A program made the position numbers and the translations under genes. Positions 24,961-34,915 of a DNA stretch of 64,000 nt are shown one piece after another. Within the stretch, counting starts at the first letter, position 1. Each line of letters starts with the position of its first letter. This DNA comes from Trichonephila clavipes (Eukaryota): positions 1,008,762 to 1,072,761 of the forward strand of contig BMAU01016994.1 of NCBI GenBank assembly GCA_019973935.1. The letters are read 5' to 3'. The notes beneath the pieces were generated by a model. It saw only the letters and a list, made by a program, of their open reading frames with translations, had not been told where the DNA came from and did no database searches.

Positions 24961-25857
24961 TTAAATTAAATTGGGCTCGACTACTGAAGTCATTGACCTC
25001 CCTATCAAAAAGTGGGCTGGAGTTAAAGCGTTCAAGTCATCCGAATTGCTCGATAAAGGGCACAGTGGCCTGGAATTTAAAATTCCCTCTATTTGGATAC
25101 AAACAGTTAAAAATTCCTCATAGGTTAAATTTGAGCCACTGACAACTCTCCTAAGATGGTACTTTATTGATTTAACCGAAGCTTCCCAAAGACCACCAAA
25201 GGATGGCGCTCTAGGTGGTATAAACTTCCATTCTATACCCTCAGCAGATAAGAAACCTGCTAAATTATCATCTGAATCCTCAATAAGTTTTAGAAATCTC
25301 TTGAGCTCTTTATTGGCACCTACAAATGTTTTCCCATTATCGGAATACAATTTAGCACATTTACCTCTGTGACTAAAAAATCTTTTTAATGTAGCAATAA
25401 AAGCATCAGATGTAAGATCTGACACAATTTCTATGTGAATCGCTTTAGACACAAAACATACAAATACACAAATATAAATTTTATGCAAAATTCCTTTTCT
25501 TTGATTTTTGTACCTGATCATGAATGGGCCACAAAAATCCACACCAGAACAGTTAAACCGGTAATCTGGGACTACTCTATCACGGGGTAGATTACCCATT
25601 AGCTGAGAGGTAACAAGGGGTCGGCTTTTAAAACAGACAAGGCACTCATGCACTACTTTTCTGCATAATGAACGACCATTTAATGGCCAGAACTTTTCCC
25701 TTACATAGTGTAGAAGAGAAGAAGCACTAGTATGCAGATTCTTTCTATGGAAATGGACAATTATTTGAACAGTTAAATTATGATTTCCTGGTAAAATTGC
25801 AGGATGTTTATTAACATAAGGTAAATCTGAATTACTCAGCCGGCCTCCAACTCTCAA
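24961..25857 (-). CDS. BEL integrase
   Basis: ORF has an HX3H..CX2C zinc finger and a DDE core (..DNGKTF..). Confidence 0.75.
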   Translation of the reverse strand: MRVGGRLSNSDLPYVNKHPAILPGNHNLTVQIIVHFHRKNLHTSASSLLHYVREKFWPLNGRSLCRKVVHECLVCFKSRPLVTSQLMGNLPRDRVVPDYRFNCSGVDFCGPFMIRYKNQRKGILHKIYICVFVCFVSKAIHIEIVSDLTSDAFIATLKRFFSHRGKCAKLYSDNGKTFVGANKELKRFLKLIEDSDDNLAGFLSAEGIEWKFIPPRAPSFGGLWEASVKSIKYHLRRVVSGSNLTYEEFLTVCIQIEGILNSRPLCPLSSNSDDLNALTPAHFLIGRSMTSVVEPNLI

Positions 25858-25976
25858 TAATCCATCACTGTCTATAAAGGGGTTTAAATTTCTAAGTTTA
25901 CTATTAGGTGAGATAACTCCTTTACTTTATAAGCTCTTCATTTCAGCCAAAAAAACATGTTCTTGGACCATTCTGA

Positions 25977-27407
25977 TCAGTTTAGTTTCTGCTTGGTCTT
26001 ATCTGTAGCAGAAAGGGGACCACTCAATGTTAGTTTACGTTTGTTTACATTATTGCTAAATCTTAACACATAACTAACTATACGAACAATTTTCATATAA
26101 CTATTACTTTTACATAACAGAGTAGATAAAATAGAAGATACACAATTAGTTGAAACACAAACACTAGATGTAATTATATCAGAACTCGAACCAGTTTTCA
26201 GTTCCTTAGAATACTCGCATTCCTTAACTGGTGACAAACTTGTTTCTTCACTTGACAACTTACCTTTTTCAAGGAATTGTGGACCATGCCACCATAACCT
26301 TAAATTTGGAAGGTCACAAGGGCGCAGTCCCCGAGACAAAAGATCTGCTGGGTTGAGAACAGATGGCACATGGTTCCACTGGAATCCTTCAGTCAATTCT
26401 TGCACCTTGGCGACACGATTGGCCACGAAAGTTTTTAAACGATTGGCAGGTGTATTTAACCATGCCAATGCAATAGTGGAATCCGTATGTAGCACAATAT
26501 CACTTATGTTTAACCTCAAGGTGGAGTGTATTTTCTTGACGAGTTGAGCTAATAAAACACAGGCACAAAGCTCGAGTCGAGGTATGGAAATAACTCGAAT
26601 TGGTGCAACACGAGATTTGCTGGCAAGAATGCACACTTTGGCAACACCGTTGTGAAGAAAACACTGTAGGTAAACGACCGCTCCGTAGGCCGCTTCAGAT
26701 GCATCCGCAAATCCTTGGAGAACGATTCTAACATTATTGTCAGCCATAACAAATCTGTTAATTTTCACTTCCTCGATACATTTTAATGTTGTCACAAATT
26801 CTCTCCACTCGTTGGCAATTGAATTAGGTAACACATCATCCCAATCCAGTTTACATTGCCATAATTGCTGCAGAAACAACTTTGCTTTCGCAATCACTGG
26901 GCCTAAGAAATCCAAAGGGTCGTATAGCTTAGCAATTACATTTAAAACTTCACGTTTTGTATATATATGTTTAGCTGAAACAGATACCTTAAACACGAAA
27001 CAATCTTCAAATGGCTTCCAACTAATTCCCAATGTCTTCACAGATAAGTCAATGTCAGTAGAAAATGAATGCTCGACATCTGATGACAACGAACTATTTA
27101 ATAACTCAGGAGAATTAGATGACCACTTATGAAGGTTCATTCCACAAGATTGCAGGGCGTCTTTCAGTTGCGATTGCAATTGTTGAGCAGCCTCCAAATC
27201 CGGCGCTCCGCTCACAATATCATCCATGTAGGTATCATATAACAGGGTTTCAGAAGCTAAAGGAAATCTCGATTTTTCATCCTTCGCCAACTGCTGCAGG
27301 GTTCTTATGGCAAGGAAGGGTGCGTTGGACAGCCCGTAAGTGACAGTCTTTAGTCGGTACGTTAAAATTTCTGCATCTGGTCCATGTTTCCATATAATGC
27401 GTTGCAA
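25977..27407 (-). CDS. BEL RT (YMDD) plus RNase H
   Basis: ORF contains YMDDIVSG and the RNase H motifs ADASEAAYGAVVYLQ and HTDSTIALAWL. Confidence 0.8.
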   Translation of the reverse strand: MQRIIWKHGPDAEILTYRLKTVTYGLSNAPFLAIRTLQQLAKDEKSRFPLASETLLYDTYMDDIVSGAPDLEAAQQLQSQLKDALQSCGMNLHKWSSNSPELLNSSLSSDVEHSFSTDIDLSVKTLGISWKPFEDCFVFKVSVSAKHIYTKREVLNVIAKLYDPLDFLGPVIAKAKLFLQQLWQCKLDWDDVLPNSIANEWREFVTTLKCIEEVKINRFVMADNNVRIVLQGFADASEAAYGAVVYLQCFLHNGVAKVCILASKSRVAPIRVISIPRLELCACVLLAQLVKKIHSTLRLNISDIVLHTDSTIALAWLNTPANRLKTFVANRVAKVQELTEGFQWNHVPSVLNPADLLSRGLRPCDLPNLRLWWHGPQFLEKGKLSSEETSLSPVKECEYSKELKTGSSSDIITSSVCVSTNCVSSILSTLLCKSNSYMKIVRIVSYVLRFSNNVNKRKLTLSGPLSATDKTKQKLN

Positions 27408-27434
27408 ATCCTGCTGATCAGGATTTATTAATAT

Positions 27435-27905
27435 TTACCTGTACATCTTTTGGATGTCAGTCGTAAAAGCAAATTTGTGTGTTCTAAAACGAGATATTGT
27501 CTCAAATACATCTTCCTTCACTTCACCTTTCAATAAAATGTCATTAAGGCTTATGCCTGTTGTGGTGGGGGATGAACCGTTAAAGACGATTCTTAGTTTA
27601 GTAGTCAGTTTTTCAGGGCGTAATACACCATGGTGGGGTATGTAGTGATGTGTGGGTGGTTCACTTGACTCAACTACCCTTTCCAAATGACCTAACTCCT
27701 CATACTCCTTCAAAAATTCCGCATATAACGATAAATATCTAGAATCCCTAGATAACCGTTTCCATAATGAATTAAGTCGCCTAATAGCAATATCTTTGGA
27801 GTTTCCTAAACAAGACGGATCTTTATTTAATGCCATCGATACTACATACCTACCCTCACAATTCCTCCTATGATTGCGCACAAAATGATCCTCACACAAG
27901 GACAC
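27435..27905 (-). CDS. BEL RT N-terminal part
   Basis: ORF ...PHHGVLRPEKLTTKLRIVFNGSS... (BEL/Pao RT finger region). Confidence 0.6.
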   Translation of the reverse strand: MSLCEDHFVRNHRRNCEGRYVVSMALNKDPSCLGNSKDIAIRRLNSLWKRLSRDSRYLSLYAEFLKEYEELGHLERVVESSEPPTHHYIPHHGVLRPEKLTTKLRIVFNGSSPTTTGISLNDILLKGEVKEDVFETISRFRTHKFAFTTDIQKMYR

Positions 27906-27988
27906 CTCTGTATCAACCTTAGGCTCTATGTGAACACCCTCAATTTCCCAGAATTTTTTCAGTGTTTTGTTTAAATCGTCATCAACAA

Positions 27989-28267
27989 TTAATCCGCAAT
28001 GAACGCGATTCTCTGTAACTTGTGATCTACACTTCCACTTACAACATAACTAAACACCGTATTTTGTAACACTAAATGCGAATTATCACAATAAAATTTT
28101 CCAGGCTTTAACAATTCGTAAAAGATTTCAGCACCAAGTAACATATCAATTCTATCTGATATATTAAATTTATCATCCGCTAAGGGCACAAACTCTGAAA
28201 CATTAACATCTACATCAATCACCTTGTTTGGAATGAGATCTGTAATCTTATTAACTACTAACAACAT
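27989..28267 (-). CDS. BEL protease fragment
   Basis: ORF lies between gag and RT. Confidence 0.5.
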   Translation of the reverse strand: MLLVVNKITDLIPNKVIDVDVNVSEFVPLADDKFNISDRIDMLLGAEIFYELLKPGKFYCDNSHLVLQNTVFSYVVSGSVDHKLQRIAFIAD

Positions 28268-28271
28268 TAAC

Positions 28272-29966
28272 TCACTCTAAAGTTTTGGCTTTATTTGCAA
28301 CTGAAGTTTTTACGCAATTTTTAACAACCATAGAAGCATCATTAACGCACGAAACCACTGTATTTATTTTCTCCATTTTCAGCTGCAACTTCTCAGCACA
28401 TGCCCTCGTACATAAACAAGACTGCGATCCTACATCTAACAAGCATCTGACCTCCACCCATTGAGAGTATTTATTTTTAACAAGCGCGCGAACAGTACTC
28501 AAAAACACATTCTTTAGTCTGCCTTTCTCAAACCCAGTCGCCACAAACTGTGATTGTGAATTTGCTTCAACTGATCCTTCAATCTGCCCTGGAACAAAGG
28601 TAGGAGCATCCAAATTTAAATTACTAGTGGAAGTGGGATTCCTCGTTTTGTCACGTGAAAAATGAATCAAGCTATTATATATATGAGGTCTAAGGCAAAA
28701 ACAGTTTTTCTCTGAACGGCATTCCTTCAATCTATGAGGTAAAAAACAACGAAAACAAAGATTATTCCGTTTAACTACCTCTACTCTATCCTCAACTAAC
28801 AGTTTCTTAAACTGATAACACTTAGAAAGGGGATGAAAATTATTACCCTTACATAGAACACAATTTGTTTTGGTTTCGGCCACGAAAACATTCGACGAGT
28901 TTCTCTCTCGCCGCCAAGTGCCAACCGTCTGCAGTCTATATCGCCCATTTGTTTTGACTCCACTCCCTGGAATTCTGCTCATTAAATCATTCGAAACCTT
29001 TCCTCTCGCGGATAAATAGACATCACATTCCCTCCCAAGCTGTTGAGGCTTGAAATATGTTTCTCCCTGTTTCGTTGCAATATGATTCATCGTATCTCTA
29101 TCTAGCGTTTCAAATATTTTATCTGAAATTATTAGACCACACAAAGAGCGGAATTCATTAACTTTACGCAACTGACAATAATAATCGAAAGTTGCACTTA
29201 AGCGGGAAGCAAACTGAACATAGTTTTCGAATGGTAGTTTATGAGCCTTTTTAAAGTTGCTCAGGCATTCTTGAGGTGTCGGTTCAAATTCTCTTAATAT
29301 TAATTCTTTAATTTTAACATAATTGCTTAAATCCTCTTGACTGACATATGTTAGCAAATTATTGACTCTTTCTCCTAAAATATTTAATAGAACTTCGGCT
29401 TTTAGCTCATCAGGCACGGATTTGATTTGAAATGCCTTTTCTAAAGAATGAAAAAATAAATTAAATGACTCTGACCTAACCGGTACTTGAATTGTCAAAG
29501 TTTTAATGCTCTTTACCAAACTCTCCAATTTATCAGTTATGGAGCTTGGTTCTCCGCTTTCAAGAGATTGAGAATTTTTTTCGGATTCCTTCCTAACCTT
29601 CTCCAATTCTAATTGTTTTTCAATCTGAGATAATTTAATTTTTTCTAATTGAATTTCAGCCTCGTGCTTATATTTCTCAGCCTCGCGCTTATTTTTCTCA
29701 GCCTCGCGCTTATTTTTCTCAGCCTCGCGCTTATTTTTCTCAGCCTCTTGTTTACTTTTCTCTACAGCATTTTCAACAAGACTACGCACAAATTCAATAT
29801 CATTTTTATACACGGCACTTGATTCAATTAACTTTTTTAAATCTATTATTTTAGCTTTGCTAGGAATCTCCAAACCCATTTCCACAGCAACCGAGATAAG
29901 CTCGTCTTTCTTTAGATTTAATTTCAACGCCATTTTTAAACTTATTTTGTCACAACATCTACACAA
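28272..29966 (-). CDS. BEL gag (564 aa) with a zinc-knuckle region and an internal KNKREAE tandem peptide repeat
   Basis: Long ORF. The DNA repeat CTTATTTTTCTCAGCCTCGCG is present 4 times at 29640-29760. Confidence 0.7.
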   Translation of the reverse strand: MCRCCDKISLKMALKLNLKKDELISVAVEMGLEIPSKAKIIDLKKLIESSAVYKNDIEFVRSLVENAVEKSKQEAEKNKREAEKNKREAEKNKREAEKYKHEAEIQLEKIKLSQIEKQLELEKVRKESEKNSQSLESGEPSSITDKLESLVKSIKTLTIQVPVRSESFNLFFHSLEKAFQIKSVPDELKAEVLLNILGERVNNLLTYVSQEDLSNYVKIKELILREFEPTPQECLSNFKKAHKLPFENYVQFASRLSATFDYYCQLRKVNEFRSLCGLIISDKIFETLDRDTMNHIATKQGETYFKPQQLGRECDVYLSARGKVSNDLMSRIPGSGVKTNGRYRLQTVGTWRRERNSSNVFVAETKTNCVLCKGNNFHPLSKCYQFKKLLVEDRVEVVKRNNLCFRCFLPHRLKECRSEKNCFCLRPHIYNSLIHFSRDKTRNPTSTSNLNLDAPTFVPGQIEGSVEANSQSQFVATGFEKGRLKNVFLSTVRALVKNKYSQWVEVRCLLDVGSQSCLCTRACAEKLQLKMEKINTVVSCVNDASMVVKNCVKTSVANKAKTLE

Positions 29967-30275
29967 TATACACTATTTTCAACCAAAAAGCATTTGTAAG
30001 CACCTAAATTACACTATTGAGAATAGGAAAGTATACAAAAACACACAACAAGAATATCACAATCAACACAAATCTACAAACACTAATTTCAACCATGATA
30101 TCCGTTAAAACTATTCAACTATTAACACCAACTTTAGCGAACACAACCAAATAACTCCTAAAAACATCATTAAGAATAGAAACACTCACCTATTCAAAAA
30201 TTTCACCACCAAATACTCAACTAATAAAGCACAAAACCATAGTTGCTTGTTGAACTCCGGCTCGACGGACCAAAA

Positions 30276-30422
30276 TGTTTGATCACTACACCCGGGATAG
30301 CTCAATAACACACACCTCACACATGGACTGTAAAACACTCTCTATTTTTATTCACCTAAACACATAGTAACTAGAGATACACAAACAGCGCCGTCTGGCG
30401 CACGGTTTTTGCGACAAGCATG

Positions 30423-30426
<4 letters not shown>
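30276..30426 (-). repeat. BEL 5' LTR
   Basis: Direct repeat of 24354-24504. On the minus strand it is followed by TTTTGGTCCGTCGAGCCGGAG (TGG-initiated PBS-like). Confidence 0.8.

Positions 30427-30501
<75 letters not shown>
30427..30501. repeat. (TA)n microsatellite, BEL insertion site (right part)
   Basis: Dinucleotide run adjacent to the LTR. Confidence 0.95.
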
Positions 30502-30502
<1 letters not shown>

Positions 30503-30691
30503 CCAATATAATTTTTTTTTCAATATATAACTATGTACATATACATACACATATAAATTTATACATATATATACATATACACAGATATATAAACAAAAAT
30601 ATAAAAATAAACATATAGTTATATACCTAAGATAACTAAAATTAGGAAGGAGGCACATAGTATAAAGACAAACTCCTGGCCCTAGGAACCA

Positions 30692-30727
<36 letters not shown>

Positions 30728-31513
30728 CGTCATGAAATACCCAGCGAAGTGGACGGGTAACGGCTAGTAAGTAAATAAAATAGCAATTTAAAATCCCAAG
30801 AAAATTTCCTTTATTGACTTTGCATATGTCAGTGAACAGATAGGGAAAATATAGTTTCTTATCCAAATAGTAAAATGCTTCATGTGAATCCGGAATTCCT
30901 AACAGCTGAAAAAGAATCATAATGACTGCCCGTAAGTAAGATTTTTTGAAAGAGGCAACTGTAAATTGAAACGTTATCTAAAACTTATGAGAGAACAAAA
31001 AAAAAAAACATTACTCGAGAGTTTATTAGGAAAAAAAACATTGGTCTTTTAAAAGAAAAAAAAATTACTTAACATGTCGAAATTTGAGAGTTGAATTTTT
31101 AACAAATTAATATACTGTGGTGGTCAAAGCTGTAGACACTTTTGAAAATTGTTGTGTTTTTCAAGTTATGCATATAGTTTTTCAAGTATGCTTATAGAAA
31201 ATGTTACGTTGTACAAAATGCAAAGTCTGATATCATTTTAAAGAGAATTCAATACCGAATTCAATACAAAAAACAAAATTCGTTGCCACGCAAAAAGAGT
31301 TATGCTGCAAAAATTATCGATATACATTAGATACTGATGATAGCAGTGGGTTATTAGTGCTTTGTAGGGTAGTCTTGATTTTTATTACAGATTCACATCA
31401 TTGTTTCATTGAGCTGAAAGTAGTTTTAAACTTTTCCTTCGTTATTAAATGATGCCAGAAAATAATTATTGCCAACTTAAAAAGTTGGAGAATAAATAGG
31501 AAAGAACGTTTCT

Positions 31514-31790
31514 TTGTTTATAAACTCAAACTCAGTGGCGCAACAGCCTATGAGCGCCAGGGCCTATTGTGCATATCCCAGTATACGTGACTATTGGGCG
31601 CTGAGGTGCATGAGCAGATGTCCCGATCAGGTGGTCAGTCTGAAGCGTGACTTGGTACTCATTTATCCACTCATTGCAGTAGGGATGAAAGGTTGAGTCG
31701 ACGTTGTCCAACCCGGGAGTAGAACCCGGACCTGTGGAAGCGCTATACGCTACCACTCGGCCACTGAGCCTTTTCTTTATGTATATCTAT
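31514..31790 (-). mobile_element. SINE2 (second tRNA-derived SINE family) copy
   Basis: Reverse complement begins GGCTCAGTGGCCGAGTGGTAGCG (A box) ...GGTTCTACTCCCGG (B box). The downstream body is about 75% identical to 51421-51693. Confidence 0.65.
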
Positions 31791-34769
31791 GTAAAATAAA
31801 AATTGCAACTATAAGATAGAAAGCTATACCGTGTCACTATAGCTTTTGGTTTACTACGGTTTTGAATCATCCACACTATGGTTTTGGATGAAAACTTGTG
31901 GATTTCTCTTTTGCCTAGTTTATATTTCCCAAATTAAAAAACACCCTTTAAAGAGAAATCAAGAGTAAAGGATAAAAAAGTTAAAAAATGTCACAGAAAA
32001 ATTGAAAGCTGTTTATAAAATATGACAATATATGTATAATTTAATTCAACGGAAATCATTAAAGTAATGAAAAATAAAAACTTTAAAAAATGTATTAATC
32101 CTTTTTTTAAAAAGCTAAAACCATAAGAAAGACGAAGAAATATTTATAATTTTTTTTCTTAGCAATAAACATTCAAACGAGAATTTCTTGTTTTTTGTAA
32201 TTTTATTTGCATATCTGAAATGATCAAGTATGAACTTTTATTTTTAAAAATTACCGAATTACAGTTAACTGTTATTATTGTGTAATGATAAAAAAGAAAT
32301 ATTATTATATAATAATAATAAAGCAGAGAGAGAGAGAGAGAAGCAGTTATTATTCTGCAATAATAATATAGAAGAGAAGCGAAAAAACTTGAAAAATTCG
32401 GTTCTTTCTTCATATTTTTGTAAACTTTTTATAGCAGTCATCATATCTTGCGTTTTAATATCCGGAAAAAAATTTTACGCTCGCGATAACGAAAAATGAA
32501 TCTACAAATATGTTAAAAACGTAGAAATCTAAAACGATAGAAAAATTAAAGAATAAATTGAAAAATACTATATAAAAGTACTGAAAAAAAATAACTCGAT
32601 ATTATAATCCAATTTATGAAATATCGCTGTAACAAAACTAGTGACTCGAATTTCAGCTAGTCAGTGAACTCACAGTATATGATATTGTGTGGTTCAATAA
32701 TAAACCGAACGAATGAAATTTAGCGATTTTCAAAAAGCATCCAATATGACAGTAACCCTGATGTTTCATAGAGTATAGATTTCGTTGCCATCATAGAAAA
32801 CTTACTTTACTTATCCGTTCAAAATTAATAAATTTTTATATGTGATAATCAAAATCGAACGAATTGAAATAAATTATTGTCAGCCTTTCAATAAAAATAT
32901 TACTTAATGAACGAGTATTTTTTTATCTATATTTATACTCACTTGTTCCCTTTATTAAATTTAACCATTATTTGACCTAAATTCTTCAAGACCCTTCAGT
33001 TTTTCTTTCCAGTTTTTTTTATTAATTTTAATTAAAACTTGCAGGAAATTAAAAGTATTATTTAGAAACTTTTCGTATAATTTTACTTATGTTTTAAAAA
33101 ATATTTCTATGATTTCAAACATAATACATTATTTGTTTTGAGAAAATTTAGTTGAAAACAAATTGTGTTGATTCGTTGCTGTTTTAAGTGTCATCTGTGT
33201 GCTTTGTATCAAAAATGTAGTCTTTCTATTTTGGTGTATCTATTCTAGCTACTTGCTATATTATTTTCGTGATTTCGAGCGATGCAAAAATCGAATTACA
33301 TGGGCAATCTTTGAAAATTTGAATTAGTTTGTTTCACAGAAATTATATTATGAGCTTCTGATGAAATTGCCAAAGAGGTTAGTATAAACAACTTCTATTT
33401 ATAAGAACAATTGCTGCATTACGCGTTATTTATAGATGATTATTTTATGCATTAAACAGTTTTAAACCAAAGTGCTTGAATGAAGATTATAATTCCTACA
33501 GAAACTGTTAATTGTGTTGTTTTAGTAGAATTAAACTTGCTAGTTATGGTTTCTCTTTCTGGTATATGAAACATGAATTGTGTTTTGTTAGAAATTTTTG
33601 ACAGCGTGTGATTTATTTAGCATTCAATGTATCAAATTTATTTTTTAAATATTTAGAGTTATAAAATTGAAATAAAAATATCCTTGCTTTTGTAAAGGTG
33701 ATGACGCCTTTCAAACACATGCGAACGCATTCAATCTTAAAATTAGATAATACATGTTTCGAAATAAACACATTCAAAGAAAGGAAAATAAAACGTTTTC
33801 AAACATTGTTGTTCAAAGACATTTTAACTGATTCAAGGTTATTTAACTATGGGCTTAAGTTATTTACAAAACACATTTCTAATACATATTATATATTTAA
33901 AAAGTAATTTGATCTAATTCTTTTTACAAATAAAATTATTATTTAGTTTAATATATGTTACTATTTCTAATTCATGAAGTTTTTCCTTTTATATTTTATA
34001 AATCTTAATTTTCTATTGCATTAAATATATAAGGCAATAGTATTTATTAATTTTCCTTATTCTTGATTGACTGTGTATTATTAGATAATATCTTAAAAAG
34101 AAAGATTTATAGAATAATTATGTTTATTTTTTTCACTGATATAAATATTTTTATTTCAAAGGTAGCCTTTTTCTGTAGTTGAATATTACATTTTCAGTAA
34201 ATTTATTGTTGATAGTATTTATATATAATTATGCAAGTAAGGCATTTATTATCAAAAAGATGGATATAATTATAATTTTCCATTGTTAATTTACTTTTTG
34301 GAATTTTTATGATATTGATTGCTCTGGAAAAACATTGGATAATTTTTTTTAAAAAAATTTTGTGATTGACCATTTTTTTTTTAAAGTGTATTACGTTATT
34401 TGATTTTTTCAATTCTTTAATACATTAAATATTTTTTGCTGTGTAAAAACCAATAATTATAAAATTTTGTGACCTAAATTTTAAGTTTTTGTATTTTTTA
34501 TATTTTAACTAAGATTGTCACAAATATTTTTTTGTTTGTGATAAATTAAAAACTATTTTATATTTGAAAATTTTGCAGGATATTTAATTAAATCCCTGAA
34601 TATGAACTGAAGTTTTCATTTACTTACTTCAAAGGCTGTGGTACTCTCCAGTGGCAAAGTTAATATATGTTTTAATCACTTCTGTATATTATCATAAGTG
34701 TAGAAAGTGTTGTTTAGGTTTATCTTCATATGATATAATTATTTGTGAAGACTTAATATCAAAATTGGG

Positions 34770-34915
34770 CCAAAGTGCAAATTGAGTGGGAGGGGGGGCT
34801 TTGGATTTGGCTACTAGATGTCATGGTGAGATAACGAATTCATTCTGGCCAAGAAAATCGCCAAAGGAAATTGACATTGCCAAGGAGCCCCTCCCTCTTA
34901 TACTACACTTTAAAA
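34770..34915. mobile_element. candidate small MITE (~145 bp)
   Basis: Terminal inverted repeats AAAGTGCAAATTGAGTGGGAGGGGGGGCTTTGG and CCAAGGAGCCCCTCCCTCTTATACTACACTTT. Confidence 0.35.

Larger units (their letters stand above)
24354..30426 (-). mobile_element. BEL/Pao LTR retrotransposon, near full length (6.07 kb)
   Basis: 151-bp direct LTRs (TG..CA) at both ends, 3 mismatches between them. Minus-strand ORFs gag-PR-RT-RNaseH-IN (YMDD, TDS..ALAWL, HHCC-like zinc finger). Inserted within a (TA)n microsatellite. Confidence 0.85.

Noticed and set aside
30371-30920. ORFs rich in YIYIYI on the minus strand
   Set aside because: They are translation artefacts of (TA)n/(AT)n microsatellites.
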